From Tricharina praecox (Eukaryota), in assembly GCF_024521635.1 (NCBI RefSeq), contig NW_026250426.1:310001-374000 (forward strand): 64,000 nt of DNA, given 5' to 3'. Positions within the stretch are counted from its first letter, which is position 1. Each line of letters opens with the position of its first letter. The notes beneath the pieces are model-generated. The model saw only the letters and a list, made by a program, of their open reading frames with translations. It was not told the origin of the DNA and searched no databases. This document shows, in pieces, positions 51,762-63,096 of this stretch. The translations under genes were made by a program, and so were the position numbers.

Positions 51762-53045
51762 ATGACTCGGATCTTCTTTACTGCTACTGCTGCTGCTGCG
51801 GCAGTGTGGATATCGGGCGCCGCCGCCGCCCTCTCGGACAGCGATTGCGATTGCTACCGCACATCCGCAAACGACGTCTTCACGGACTACACGCTCTCCG
51901 ATTTCCGCCGCGTAGGCAGTCCTAAAGCCGTTCCGGAGTTGCAATCAACCCTCCCGGACTCGGCGTTCCGCAGCACGCCGGACGCAGACACTGGCGTGCT
52001 GCAGGACGGGTTCATATCGGGACCGAAGTGGAATCAAAGTTGGACGATCCAGGAGTGGGGCAGGCCAAAGGCGAATGATACACTGTACCCGATGAGCAAT
52101 AGCTTCAGCAATGTCTTTATCGATCGGAATAAGGATGGTGATAAAAAGGCGAAGACGAAGCTCGTGTTGAGGACTAGACGGTTTGAGGGGTTTCAGAGTG
52201 CTGCCGAGGTCGAGCATCAGTATGTCCCGCCCCCTTGGATGGATTCTCTGCTCCGCACGGGCTGACAGAAGTCACAGGCAAAAGAATCTACTCTACGCAT
52301 CGGCCCGGTTCCGAGCCAGGGTCATTGGTGATGCGGGTGCAGTGGCAGGACTGTTTTACTACCAGAACGGAAACAACGAGAGTGACATTGAAATCCTGAC
52401 TCGAGATGATCCCACGATAATTCGTTACAGCAATCAGCCCACCGTTGACGATGGTTAGCCCCTCTTCTTTCTCTGCCCAGCTATGCGATACTGACTCCTC
52501 GGATAGATGGCAACCAGATACCAGACTCATCAACCATATTCAACTTGGCCACAAAGCAGAGGAGAGACGACATCGAAGACAAGAAGAAGCGCTCTTTTCT
52601 CTCCCCACGGGCTGACGGCGACCTTGCATGGACGGAGTGGCACACTCACCGTATCGATTGGATTGCGGGGAAATCCTCGTGGTATGTCGACGGAGAATTT
52701 GAGCTCGAGAAGACATACGGTGTACCGACCGTACCTTCATATATCGTCCTGAACATGTGGGGAGATGGTGGAGTATGGAGCGGCGAGATGGAAGTTAACG
52801 CCGAGGCGAGACTTGAGATCGAGTGGATCGAGATGGCATTCAATACTTCGGGCCCCGTCGAGGGTGTTCCCGACGAAGAGGATAATGCACGGAGGAAATC
52901 CAAGAGGGCCGACGCGTGTACGAAGATGTGTACTCTCGGCGACGGCGCGCCCCATCAGTCCGGTGCAGTGGGTCTTCGGAGGACAGATAGCCGCTTGGCC
53001 ATTGCCGTTGCTATCGGAGCAATGGTGCTCTTTGTTGCTTTCTGA
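51762..53045 (+). CDS. Secreted, probably GPI-anchored glycoside hydrolase family 16 protein (exons 51762-52219, 52278-52453, 52507-53045)
   Basis: Signal peptide; GAVAGLFYY...NESDIEILT (ExDxE catalytic motif); WHTHRIDW...SWYVDG, LNMWGDGGVWSG; hydrophobic C-terminal tail. Confidence 0.85.
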
Positions 53046-53710
53046 GTTATCCGTATACTGCCTGTGGTTTAGCCGTATTGTTTTGCATCGAGTTCGGGGT
53101 TTACTGAGCAGTCGACGTCTCCGGGCAAGAATACCCGCTGGTGATCCCGCCGGTGTAATATCATCTTCCCCGTGCCCACCATGTCACACGAGATCGATCA
53201 GCACGGCCACGCGGTTTCTTTGTTTCGGGATAGAATGTACACTTCGACTTTCATATTCAAATGCACAACCATCAACCACCCGCCCTCGCATGCCCGTGAA
53301 TTGCATACCTACTATGTAGCAAGAGAATGTGCATGAAAACAATCCAGGAACCAGCCAGATAGTCCTCCTGCAGCCCCAAAAATCCTCCGTCATTGTCCAT
53401 TCTATATATGGCCTCCTATCGCCGTGGATGGTTCACTTACACTTCCCCGCTTCCATGCCTGACCCTTCTATCCAACTGACTGACTGTTGACTGACTGGCT
53501 GCTTGACAGCTTTTTAATAGTCCCCTTCAGGATGAGCCAGCTGTTATAAAGAACGACCGCAAATGAAACTTGACGCATATTTGCCCTGCCTTCCCTATCT
53601 TCCACCTCCCCTTCTTGCTTTGTGGATACAATACGAGGAAATAGACAAGCATCATCAGCATCACCCATAACAGTTCTCACGGAGTCAACCGAAACGTTTG
53701 CGATAACATA

Positions 53711-55246
53711 ATGCATCACCACATACCCTACAAATTCCGTCCAAAACGGGACAGACCACGACCGGCATCACGCGGCCAGCCGTTGGGCCGAGGACCTGTT
53801 ACGTTCGAACGGGCTTCGATACCAACACCCTGCTTCATCTCCAGCTCCAGCTCTCGGCTGTTGAGCCCACGAGACAGCCCTGTACTCGGCGAGCCCAAAT
53901 CCACCGTCACCGTCATCGCTCCACCCGTAACCGTCACCACAACAAGCACCAGCACCTGGATCAGCGGTCGTCTCGGTGACGGCCTGCCAACCCAAACGGT
54001 AACAGTCACCCGCAAACGCACGTCTACCACCGCAGTCCCCACCACCATCGAAGTCCCCACCACCGCCGACGTTCCTATTCCCACCGACTTCCCCACTCCC
54101 ACCGGCGTCCCAAATCCCACCACCGAAATCGCACTAATAACATCCTACACCACCCTCCCCCCCGCAACTCTGACGCGAACAATCACTCGCCCCACGCTCT
54201 ATCCGCCCACACAGACCGAGTTTCCCAGCAGCATACCACCCAGCACCCTACCCCCCAGCAGCATACCATCCCCCCTCCCCCCCTCCTCACCAGAAGATGC
54301 ACCGCCGCAAGACCCCACGCTCACCATAGGCTTTGCCGTAGGGGTCCCGCTGTTCCTCCTCTCCATGCTAGCGGCGTTCTGGTATCTATTTTACATCCGC
54401 CGGGGTCGGGAGACCCCGGCCACCCGCTACTTCAAGAAACAGGAGCTCCGTAAGAAGGAGCGCAAGGAGGGTATGAAGACGTACAAGGAGCGACAGCGGG
54501 ATGGGCGGGGTGGCGCCGGCGGCCTGGGGCTGGGGATGCGTGGCGGCATGGGCACGGGCTTGGGGATGAACATCACCGGCCCTGTAGGGCTGAGCCATCT
54601 CTCGGTGGAGCCCACACCGCGCTCCCTCCCGGGGTTCAAGACTGCTATGCAGCTGCCTTCGACGACGCGCGAGCCGCCGCATGCCGCCGCTCGGAACGGC
54701 GCAGCCGGTCCCAAATGGTCGCCGCCGCCCGCAACACAGAATGGCACAGCGGTGGCGGGGCCGAGTCGCGGGCGCGCGCCGCCGGCGGCGGGAGCTAGGA
54801 ACTCCGAAGTAGCTGGAAAGATCCGGATCGCGCTGCCGGAGTTTCCTCGCCAGAGCCAGAGCCAGACACGGACGTATCTTCCACTCGCAGTCCCCCCTCT
54901 ACCGCCGCCTCCTCCGCCGCGACGTACTCACGACGGCCCGACGATTCCGCCGCTAGCGCACTCGGTATTGCCCCCCCCCATCCCCGGCCCCGGCCCCGGC
55001 ACCAGTACGACGAGCTGGGACTCGGTCACGACCGTGACGAGTGCGGATCACCAGGAGGAGGTCGAGCTTGCGAGGATGCAGACGCCGCCGCCCATGCTGC
55101 CGCCGCTGGCGTTCCAGGGGCCGTGGAAGTGGGAGGTTAGGCAGGCGGATGCGGAGGCGGACGCGGAGGCGGAGGATACGCTGCCGCTGCCGCTGAGGAA
55201 GGGGAATGGAAAGGGAAAGGGGAGGGAATGGTATGATAAGCTTTAA
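53711..55246 (+). CDS. Thr/Pro-rich single-pass membrane protein (mucin-like); true start uncertain
   Basis: 511-codon ORF with a Thr-rich region, one TM (IGFAVGVPLFLLSMLAAFWYLFYI) followed by RRGR, and a Pro-rich tail. No signal peptide at the first ATG. Confidence 0.6.
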   Translation: MHHHIPYKFRPKRDRPRPASRGQPLGRGPVTFERASIPTPCFISSSSSRLLSPRDSPVLGEPKSTVTVIAPPVTVTTTSTSTWISGRLGDGLPTQTVTVTRKRTSTTAVPTTIEVPTTADVPIPTDFPTPTGVPNPTTEIALITSYTTLPPATLTRTITRPTLYPPTQTEFPSSIPPSTLPPSSIPSPLPPSSPEDAPPQDPTLTIGFAVGVPLFLLSMLAAFWYLFYIRRGRETPATRYFKKQELRKKERKEGMKTYKERQRDGRGGAGGLGLGMRGGMGTGLGMNITGPVGLSHLSVEPTPRSLPGFKTAMQLPSTTREPPHAAARNGAAGPKWSPPPATQNGTAVAGPSRGRAPPAAGARNSEVAGKIRIALPEFPRQSQSQTRTYLPLAVPPLPPPPPPRRTHDGPTIPPLAHSVLPPPIPGPGPGTSTTSWDSVTTVTSADHQEEVELARMQTPPPMLPPLAFQGPWKWEVRQADAEADAEAEDTLPLPLRKGNGKGKGREWYDKL

Positions 55247-55601
55247 CTACATAGGAGGGGACAGGGGGTTTTGTTGGAAATACTTTTTTTGGTAGCGGGT
55301 GGGGGGCGGGGGAGGGCGTTAATGCAGCTACCGCATGTCTACCATATTGTGGAGCGGCTTCATTCTGTGTGGTGTGGCATATTTCCACTGTCCTGCTGGG
55401 TACATATGTCAGGTCTTCCGCAATACCTATTCGTCAGTGCTTGCCTGCCTGAGAGCTATTGATGGCAATGGCAATGAACCGGCTCAAGCTGGGTAGCTGG
55501 GGTCATGGATTCCAGTCGCTTGAAGGAGGACAGAGCAGCAAGATAAGCGGTATCACTCGGACTACCTTCACTATTATGTGTTGTACATGCCTCTGTTCGT
55601 A

Positions 55602-55766
55602 CTGTATAGTGAAAAGGGGGGTAAAAAAATACGCTTTTTGGCGTCTCGGGACGGTCAAATAGCGTATAAATACGGTCAAAATACGTATTTTCACCGTATC
55701 GATACGCTTTTTTCCGTATCGGTACGGTCACAATGCGTATTTTTTACCCTCCCCTTCACTATACAG
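55602..55766. mobile_element. 165-bp MITE with ~32-bp imperfect TIRs and TA target-site duplication (Tc1/mariner-like)
   Basis: Left TA|CTGTATAGTGAAAAGGGGGGTAAAAAAATACGC; right GCGTATTTTTTACCCTCCCCTTCACTATACAG|TA; internal ACGGTCA and CCGTATC repeats. Confidence 0.8.
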
Positions 55767-55874
55767 TATGTGGTCGGTCAGCGCCATCACTCGGACCGGA
55801 AAGCCTGTGACTGTAACTTGTAAGTATCTCAAGCAATAAGCTGAAAAACAGCAAGAAGAGTGAGAGTGAAAGAG

Positions 55875-56372
55875 CACTATCAGCAGAAACCTTCACCATT
55901 ACCGCTGGCAAACGGGATATTGTCATCAACCAAGCCCACCACATGCTCAACACCACTGCTGTTGACCACGGCTCACGAACATAGCCTCTGCCGACACCGC
56001 GGCGGAAGCCTGGACAACCCTGAAAACCCTATACGACCGCGAAACTGCGAATACGACGATCACCCACGTGAGAACCGTTTTCGAACGCAAGCTTCTCGAC
56101 GGCGGATCGCCGCAAGACCACCCGAAAGGATTCAACTCCTCAACCGCGACTAGACTCGACTCCTCAACCGATCATCACCTACCCATGCTCACGATGAGCT
56201 TTCCCAATGTCCGCAAGCCCTCACCCGCTCAAACCATGCCAAAGCCGCCTTCTTTGCTTGCTTGCTCGCATCGCTCCCGAGTCAATGGAGAATATCATCG
56301 ATAATCTCCAGACCAGGGCAAGCCTCACCTTCGAGGATGTCAATTCCAAACTCCTCGACTTGAATGCGGGCC
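55875..56372 (+). mobile_element. Degenerate Ty1/copia gag fragment
   Basis: Frameshifted translation AEAWTTLKTLYDRETANTTITHVRTVFERKLLDGGSPQDH and PESMENIIDNLQTRASLTFEDVNSKLLDL resembles copia gag (UBN2-type). Confidence 0.7.
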
Positions 56373-56549
56373 ACTCACTCCCCTTGGGATTGGAAACAAG
56401 GACTGAGCACTGAGACTAAACCCTGGTCTCCGCCACCCACCCACAGCTTTCCAACACACTGAACAGAACAGATTCTGAGTGGGGCGTTTAAACCCATTCT
56501 GACAGAACACCGCCTGTGTTGAGATTCTTGTGAGAAGCAGGTAGGGGGG

Positions 56550-57873
56550 TAGGTAGATAGCTCCAGTATCGAAGATCCAACAATTTTTAGTGGTGGAGAG
56601 AAGTGGGGATTGCACTAAGTAGTTAACCGCGATGTATGAGGAGTCATCATAGCCTGGTCCCCACTTGCGCGGCCATGGCTATGAGCTTTCTCGTCGCTTC
56701 TAGTGCGCCTTTCACTCTCATTCTTCATGAGATCCAACCATTCGTGATGGTGGAGACTCGAAAGAGTGGGGTTTGCACTAGGTATGTAACCACCGTGGAG
56801 GCGGTCGCGATGTATGAGGAGTCATCATAGCCTGGTCCCCGCTTGCGCGGCCGGCCATGGCTATGAGCTTTCTCGTCGCTTTTGGCTAGTGCGCTTTCCA
56901 CTGCTCGTTCTTCTTGATGTTTTTCCGCTTTTCTCGAACTCTGTACGCCTTCTCCTTCTCCTTCTCCTTCTTGTTTCTAAGGGAGGGAGGGGGGGAGGGA
57001 GGGAGTGGCTTGCATTCAAGCCGAGAGTCCGGAATTGACAGCCTCGAAGGTGGGGTTTGCTCTGGTTTGGAGATTATCGATGATATTCTCCATTGACTCG
57101 GGAGCGATGCGAGCAAGCAAGCAAAGAAGGCGGCTTTGGCATGGTTTGAGCGGGTGAGGGCTTGCAGGCATTGAGCCAGCTCAAGCTCATCATGATCATG
57201 GGCAGGTGATGATCGGTGAAGCGGTCGGTTCCCGACTTCCAGGCGCCGTTGATTCCGTTCAGGTGGTCTTGCGTCAATCCGCCGTCAAAAAGCTTGCGAT
57301 CGAGTACGGTCTTGAGGACTCAGGAGGCTGATCGTGGTGTTCGAGGTTTCGAGGTCGTAGAGGTTTTTGAGGGTTGTCTAGGCTTCCGTGGCGGTATCAG
57401 CAGAGGCGATGGTGGCGAGGATTCTGTGGGCAACAGCGGTGGTGCTGAGCATGTGGTGTGCTTAGTTGTTGACGATGTCCCATTCGCCGGCGGTGATGGT
57501 GGAGGTTTCTGCTGGTGGTGCGGGGGTGGGGTATCAGGAGAACTGGGTGCCTTTGGTTCTTTCTCGGTCGTTCGGGTTGGTCGTATGATGTTTCGTGACG
57601 AGAACTTGAGGAGAGAGAGGGAGCTTTTTGGGAGAGGACGACCGGAGTCTGGTTGTTCCACTGACTGACTGACTGACTGACTGACTGACTGACTGACTGA
57701 CTGACTGACTGACTGACTGACTGAATGAAAACACGAGGGAGATGCAGGTCTTTGTATACAGAATGGAGTTGTTCCAAGAAAACCCCGCTTCCCACATACC
57801 AGTACTGTCGCCGTCGCCCCGAAGCTCGTCGCCCATATTATCCACATTATCCACATCACCCATGTTACCCACA
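56550..57873 (-). mobile_element. Degenerate Ty1/copia relic: possible LTR remnant, gag and protease motif, with an internal ~180-bp tandem duplication
   Basis: 57010-57520 is a diverged reverse-complement copy of the gag fragment at 55875-56372. WIFDTGA (copia protease active-site-like) lies at ~56560-56580. The block GCGATGTATGAGGAGTCATCATAGCCTGGTCCC is duplicated. The TG start at 57873 is only tentative. Confidence 0.65.
57660..57724. repeat. (CTGA)n tetranucleotide microsatellite, ~16 units
   Basis: Directly visible. Confidence 0.95.
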
Positions 57874-59613
57874 GTTCACGACCTAACCGTGTTTTCCGAA
57901 CAGCCTCTCATTATGTGTTCATTTAGATGTTTGGTTGGTTGATTCGTTTTGAATTCTTATGTTTCGTTGCATTTGTTTAGGGATCTTTGTTTATTACGCC
58001 TTGAAGGTGAAGAATCGCGACAGGCGACGGGAAAGATAAACATCGATACCAAGCTGAAAATGAGGGCTCTCCGTTAAGCTACCTAGCTCCCCGAGTGATG
58101 CTTCAAACACCGTTTTTTGGTCATCATTACCTGCATGCGACGCGTCTCTGTGCTCCCCCTCTGGGTATCTGTCTGCGGCCCCGATAACGGGCTCGGTGCA
58201 GAACTCCCATTCTACTTCGATTCCGTCTTGGTCAATATATTGCTCTATGCCCGAGCTACCTAGGTCGATATTGACGCACAAGGTAGGGGAAGACTGGAGT
58301 TTCAAGCGCCCGGGTGGACGATTGGTAAATCCGGGGGGGGGGCAGTATCGAGTGATATTTGTAACTACAGACAGATGAATGGAAAACATACACAGGGAGG
58401 AAATGGATGCTTTTAAGTGATTTGCTAGGTTTTCTGGAATTACTTGCGCTTCTTACTGTAAGGGCTTGGAATGTGCCATACCTATCACTTCATTTTTATC
58501 CACGTTTCGGGACGACAGATTACTATCGCCCAACCTACTTCCCAGTCAACCTCATTGTCGGTCACGTGTAGAGACAAAAAAAAGCGTACTCCTTGCTTGT
58601 AAAAGTACTTTGTCCGATTGGGTTATTAGGTGCTCCTTTGTTGGAGTCATTGTGCTGATTTGTATCTTCCTGGCGCTCTGCCACTGCCAATGCACGGCCG
58701 CGATGTCTCTGTCGGTCATCAAAACCCCTTCCGTCTAACCCGACCATTCGTGGGCTCAAACAATGGAGCGCCATTATATGGTCGGAAATCAAAACGTTTT
58801 GTCGCCCATGTGAAGGGCCCATTGTAGAATCATTTATCAACGCACAGGACCACCGTACTCCGGCTTCGAGTTGCCCCAGTACCTACTAGAGTGGATTCGG
58901 CTCTGCCCCGCCCCAGAGATGCGGCTATGTGGTCTCAGAAGCGCGCTTGTGTTTGGTAACGCAGAACAAGGTCGTGGCGGGGACGAATGGCCATGGGAAG
59001 CTGTCGTATCTCACCAGCGTCACATCTTCGAACCGAGCCCGAAATCGCTTGTCCATGCGGTGCCTCCGGCAAGTGGAGCCAGCCAGCCAGCTTGTCCTTA
59101 GGCATGTCGGGATCGACACGAGTCCTTTCCCGCTTCCCCCCGTCGGCCTCCACGGCTTCTCTTTCGCCTTCTATGCCAGTGTCGTTGTTGGCTTCGACAT
59201 ACTCCATGAGTACAAAACTCGTGCAGCCGTTTAATTTCCCTCAATGCGGAGTTTAAACTGTCTGCAGATTGCGCCCCGGAGATGGGTGTATATAGAGTAC
59301 TTTATGTACTCACATCCATGGCTCCGTCTCACGTGTATCAAGGTATCTATGCGGTGTCGTTGTCGCACACCGAGAAACTCTCCGACACAGGCTAACAACA
59401 GACCAACCCCTCCATGCCAGGAACCGCAGCATCCCGCCAACACTACTCCCTCCCATCAGCCCGTAACATGCGAACCCGACCACCATCACCACCACCACCA
59501 CCATCATCCCACACAGTCACACGCCAGCAATCCACCTCCTCCACCTCGTCCTCTTTTCCGTCCACTACCGTTCCCCGAAACAACGATTGATTCCTGCTAT
59601 CCACACTCCCGCA

Positions 59614-60873
59614 ATGGACTATACATCGACGCTAGACCCTGGTACCCCACCACCGCCGGGCTTCACTCTTTCGGACTCCACCGACTGGGAGTACTTCACC
59701 GAGGGCGCAGCGAACATCCTCTTCCGCTATGTCGGCGAGCATCCGTACTTCAAGCGGTTCCTTCTGCGGCTGCGGAAGCTTCTTCCGGGAGCCCCGACGA
59801 CCCGCCAGCTCTTCGACCACATCAACCGGCGCTTCGCGCCTCTACTCGGAAACTACATTATGCGCTGCGATCTGATCGAGCTCGACGCCGGCTTGGTGCC
59901 GGCACTGAACCGCGTGCTGGAGGAGGAGACGGGCGACTACGATTGGGCCGGACGGCCGGTGGTCAAGGGTGCACGGCGTCTACTGGATGAGAAGGAGCAG
60001 TGGGGGATGCTGGTGGAGGACATGAGCTGTGGGAATTACCTATACCCGCCTGAGGAGGACGAGGAGAGGGAGAAGCCCGAGGATCCCGGCGAGGAGTGGC
60101 GCGACATGGCTACCGTCGAGTTCAAGCCAAAGTGGCTCACGCAGTCCCCAAATGCTCCGGCGAACTGGACGCTGTGTCGGACGTGTGCGGTGCGGTGCAT
60201 GAACGGGAAGCGGCAGGAGGGGAACGTGCCGGAGTACTGTCCGCTTGACCTGGCCTCGGGCAACAAGGAGCGGATCGAACAGGCTATCTATGCCATCGTC
60301 AACTCGCAGAACTCAGTCATGATCGCGGATCCGGCGGGCGATGAGAGCGACAATGAGGATCAGGAGATGACGGGGACCGAGGAGACACCCGAACAGGTCT
60401 CACATGAGCTGGCGAAGACGCTCGAGGCGAGTCTTATCACGTTACTCACACAATTCTTTCGCAACACTACCATTATCCCGCTACTCGCCGAGCTGCAGCA
60501 TAAATTTGGCACGAGAGGAGTGTTTACCAGTGCTACGCTCGCCCTAATGAGTGATACCGACCAGCTTCCGAGCGAGGAGGAGATGATAAATGCCGCCTTG
60601 CAGGCAGGCGGCCAGGACCCTGCCGAGAATGATATATGGACCGCTATGACGCTGAGGGACTGCAGTCTGTTCCTGAAGCTGTGGGTCAGGAAGCAGCGTG
60701 GGAGGGGTATGGAGGCTAGGATTGAGTGCAAGGTTGGGGATCTCGACTTGAAGACCGGAGATGGCGGTAGGGCCGTCTACTGGAGAGATGTCGAGAGACG
60801 GTTGAGGAAGGGCGGGTGGTATGTCAAGAGGGATGTGGGGAGGAATTGTAGGACTGGCCAAGGGATGGCATAG
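59614..60873 (+). CDS. IPK1: Inositol-pentakisphosphate 2-kinase
   Basis: EGAANILFRY, LRLRK, VEFKPKWLTQSP, CRTCA, YCPLDL, MTLRDCS and DLDLK motifs; intronless; first ATG at 59614. Confidence 0.9.
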   Translation: MDYTSTLDPGTPPPPGFTLSDSTDWEYFTEGAANILFRYVGEHPYFKRFLLRLRKLLPGAPTTRQLFDHINRRFAPLLGNYIMRCDLIELDAGLVPALNRVLEEETGDYDWAGRPVVKGARRLLDEKEQWGMLVEDMSCGNYLYPPEEDEEREKPEDPGEEWRDMATVEFKPKWLTQSPNAPANWTLCRTCAVRCMNGKRQEGNVPEYCPLDLASGNKERIEQAIYAIVNSQNSVMIADPAGDESDNEDQEMTGTEETPEQVSHELAKTLEASLITLLTQFFRNTTIIPLLAELQHKFGTRGVFTSATLALMSDTDQLPSEEEMINAALQAGGQDPAENDIWTAMTLRDCSLFLKLWVRKQRGRGMEARIECKVGDLDLKTGDGGRAVYWRDVERRLRKGGWYVKRDVGRNCRTGQGMA

Positions 60874-61329
60874 ACTTGTCGGTAGCAGAATCCGGCGATG
60901 GTTACGATGTTACTACATTGGAGTGTGGTGGGTGCCGCGCTGTGAGTTGCTTGCTTGCTTGCCTTTGCCTGCTTAAAGTATCTTTGCGATCCTTGTTCTT
61001 TTTTTTTGGACCCGTATTATCAAGCATAAAAGTGGTGTATGAGTACTGGTATCATTGCATGCTGAGAGGGCGAATGGGAGTGTTTTGGTTTGATACTGAT
61101 AGAAACGCCGATGGACCGGTGGGTCTGCGATCCAATTGGTTATACACAACTTGATCACAGTTGCCCAAGTCAACGTCGCCCTCGTCTTTCTATCCTGTAA
61201 GTCCTTCTATCCAGTCCTTCTATCCTTTAAGTCCTTCTATCGAGTCCATCTATGCTGGAAGTCCTTCTGTCCCGTAAGTCCTACCCAACCACCAGTCCAG
61301 TGACTTTGCCTCGTCGACCTTAACCGTGT

Positions 61330-62238
61330 CTACACATACCCCGCCGCCACCTGACCAGCCAAAAACGCACCCACCCACGCCAACCCACTGGTCCCATTCC
61401 TCAGCGCCGCCACGACCGCAGGGCCAGGACAAACGCCCACCAGTCCCCAGCCAACACCAAACAGCACACTGCCGACGACCAACCTCCACTCGACCTCTCC
61501 AGCCGGCAACGTCCACTCATCCACCAGCCGCGGGCTGCTCTTCCTCCTCAACCACGCAATCGCATTCCCGCCCACGCCCACCAGCGCCACCGCCATCAGG
61601 CTGGGATCAAAATTGTTCCAGTTGGTCACACTCATGAACCCGAGCGTCTTCGCGGGCGACGCCATCCCGCTCACCAGCAGTCCCAGCCCGAACACGAAGC
61701 CCGCATACACCCGTGTGGCGACCCTCGCCGCCTCCGTCTTCGGCAGTCGGCGGATGACCAATGCTCCCACTGCGGCGCCGGCCACTAGGAGCACCGCCGG
61801 ACCCGCCGCCGGGTACGTCGGTGTATAGCATGCTCCGTTGATACACGCCGGGGGACTGCTAACTACGGCCGCCGTGGCCACCGCTGAGGCGAAGAAGGTC
61901 GCTGTGGCGACTAGGCTCCGCACAGAGCCCCGGGCCACCCCCAAAAGCATGTGCCCGCTGGTGCATCCCTTTGCGAGCTTTGTGCCCACGCCCACTAGGG
62001 CCCCGGCGGCGAGCAGGAGCGGGAGTGAGGTGTCTGTGGGGTAGGAGGGCGGGTATAGCGGCAGTGCGGCGGCGGCGAGGAGACCGAGGAGGGTGGGGGT
62101 TGTTGAGAGGGAGGGATGCAGGATGCCGTTGGTGAGGAGGGAGCTGCAGCCCAGGATTTGGGAGTTGCTGTGGAGCAGGGTGGTGGTGCTGAGGTGCAGT
62201 AGCACCGCGCCGAGCGTGGTGGTTACCGGTGTAAACAT
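61330..62238 (-). CDS. YeeE/YedE family (thiosulfate/sulfur transport) membrane protein
   Basis: GTKLAKGCTSGHMLLG, FGLGLLVSGMASPAKTLGF, FDPSL and LFGVGWGLVGVCPGPA motifs; intronless. Confidence 0.88.
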   Translation of the reverse strand: MFTPVTTTLGAVLLHLSTTTLLHSNSQILGCSSLLTNGILHPSLSTTPTLLGLLAAAALPLYPPSYPTDTSLPLLLAAGALVGVGTKLAKGCTSGHMLLGVARGSVRSLVATATFFASAVATAAVVSSPPACINGACYTPTYPAAGPAVLLVAGAAVGALVIRRLPKTEAARVATRVYAGFVFGLGLLVSGMASPAKTLGFMSVTNWNNFDPSLMAVALVGVGGNAIAWLRRKSSPRLVDEWTLPAGEVEWRLVVGSVLFGVGWGLVGVCPGPAVVAALRNGTSGLAWVGAFLAGQVAAGYV

Positions 62239-63096
62239 CTTTGCGGTATGTGGATGTTGAAACAGACGGATATTTCGACGGATGGGGAGGTGGGACTGGA
62301 TAGTACAGGACGGAAGAGGTTATGAATACATATAGCAGGTAGTGGAATCCGTAGTCCGTCGGATGGGGGAGCGGGGTGACGGCGGAATACCTAGGTAGAA
62401 AGCCAGGCTTTCTTCGTCTCTTTTCCTATCTAAGCCCGTCACCACGGCCAGCCAGCCTTCGGGCATTCGTTTATACAGCATCTAGCCCACACAAATCCAC
62501 ACATTTCAGTTGCATCTTCTCGGCCAATTTTCATCCAGGCGAGTTTATGGTTGGCTGCAGGGCCCCGATGCTGAAGTGGGCTGGAGGCTTGGAGTCAAAA
62601 AGACACCGAAAATCCTCCGTTCCGTCGGATGCTGCAAGCACCGACCGGGTGGGGGGTTGTTACCGAGAGGACTAGAAATTCTTTTTGCCGGCTTCGACGG
62701 ATCGTATGTACATAGTGAGACAGCAGCTTCGCGGACAAATAAAATTAGAGACGGATCTGGGAGAGATCTGGAAAGGAGACATCCGGATCGTACCTTTCTG
62801 GTCGACATATGTATTCGGCGAGGCCCTGAAGATCTCATCCGATTCTGGGAGGAAATTCTACTTGAATGTGCCCGACAACCTGAGTGGAGATGGACCCTCA
62901 ATTATCCATTGAGGTTCGACTCAATCCGTGCTCATTTTTGTGCCACCGAACTCTAAGTCCGAGTGACGCATAATCGAGCGGAAGTTACCGCAGGCATCGA
63001 AGCCTGAACGCCAGATTCACAAATCACGACACACCCCCCACGCCCCTCCGCAAATCTCGCCATCTCATCCCCACCACGACAGCAGCAGCAACACCA

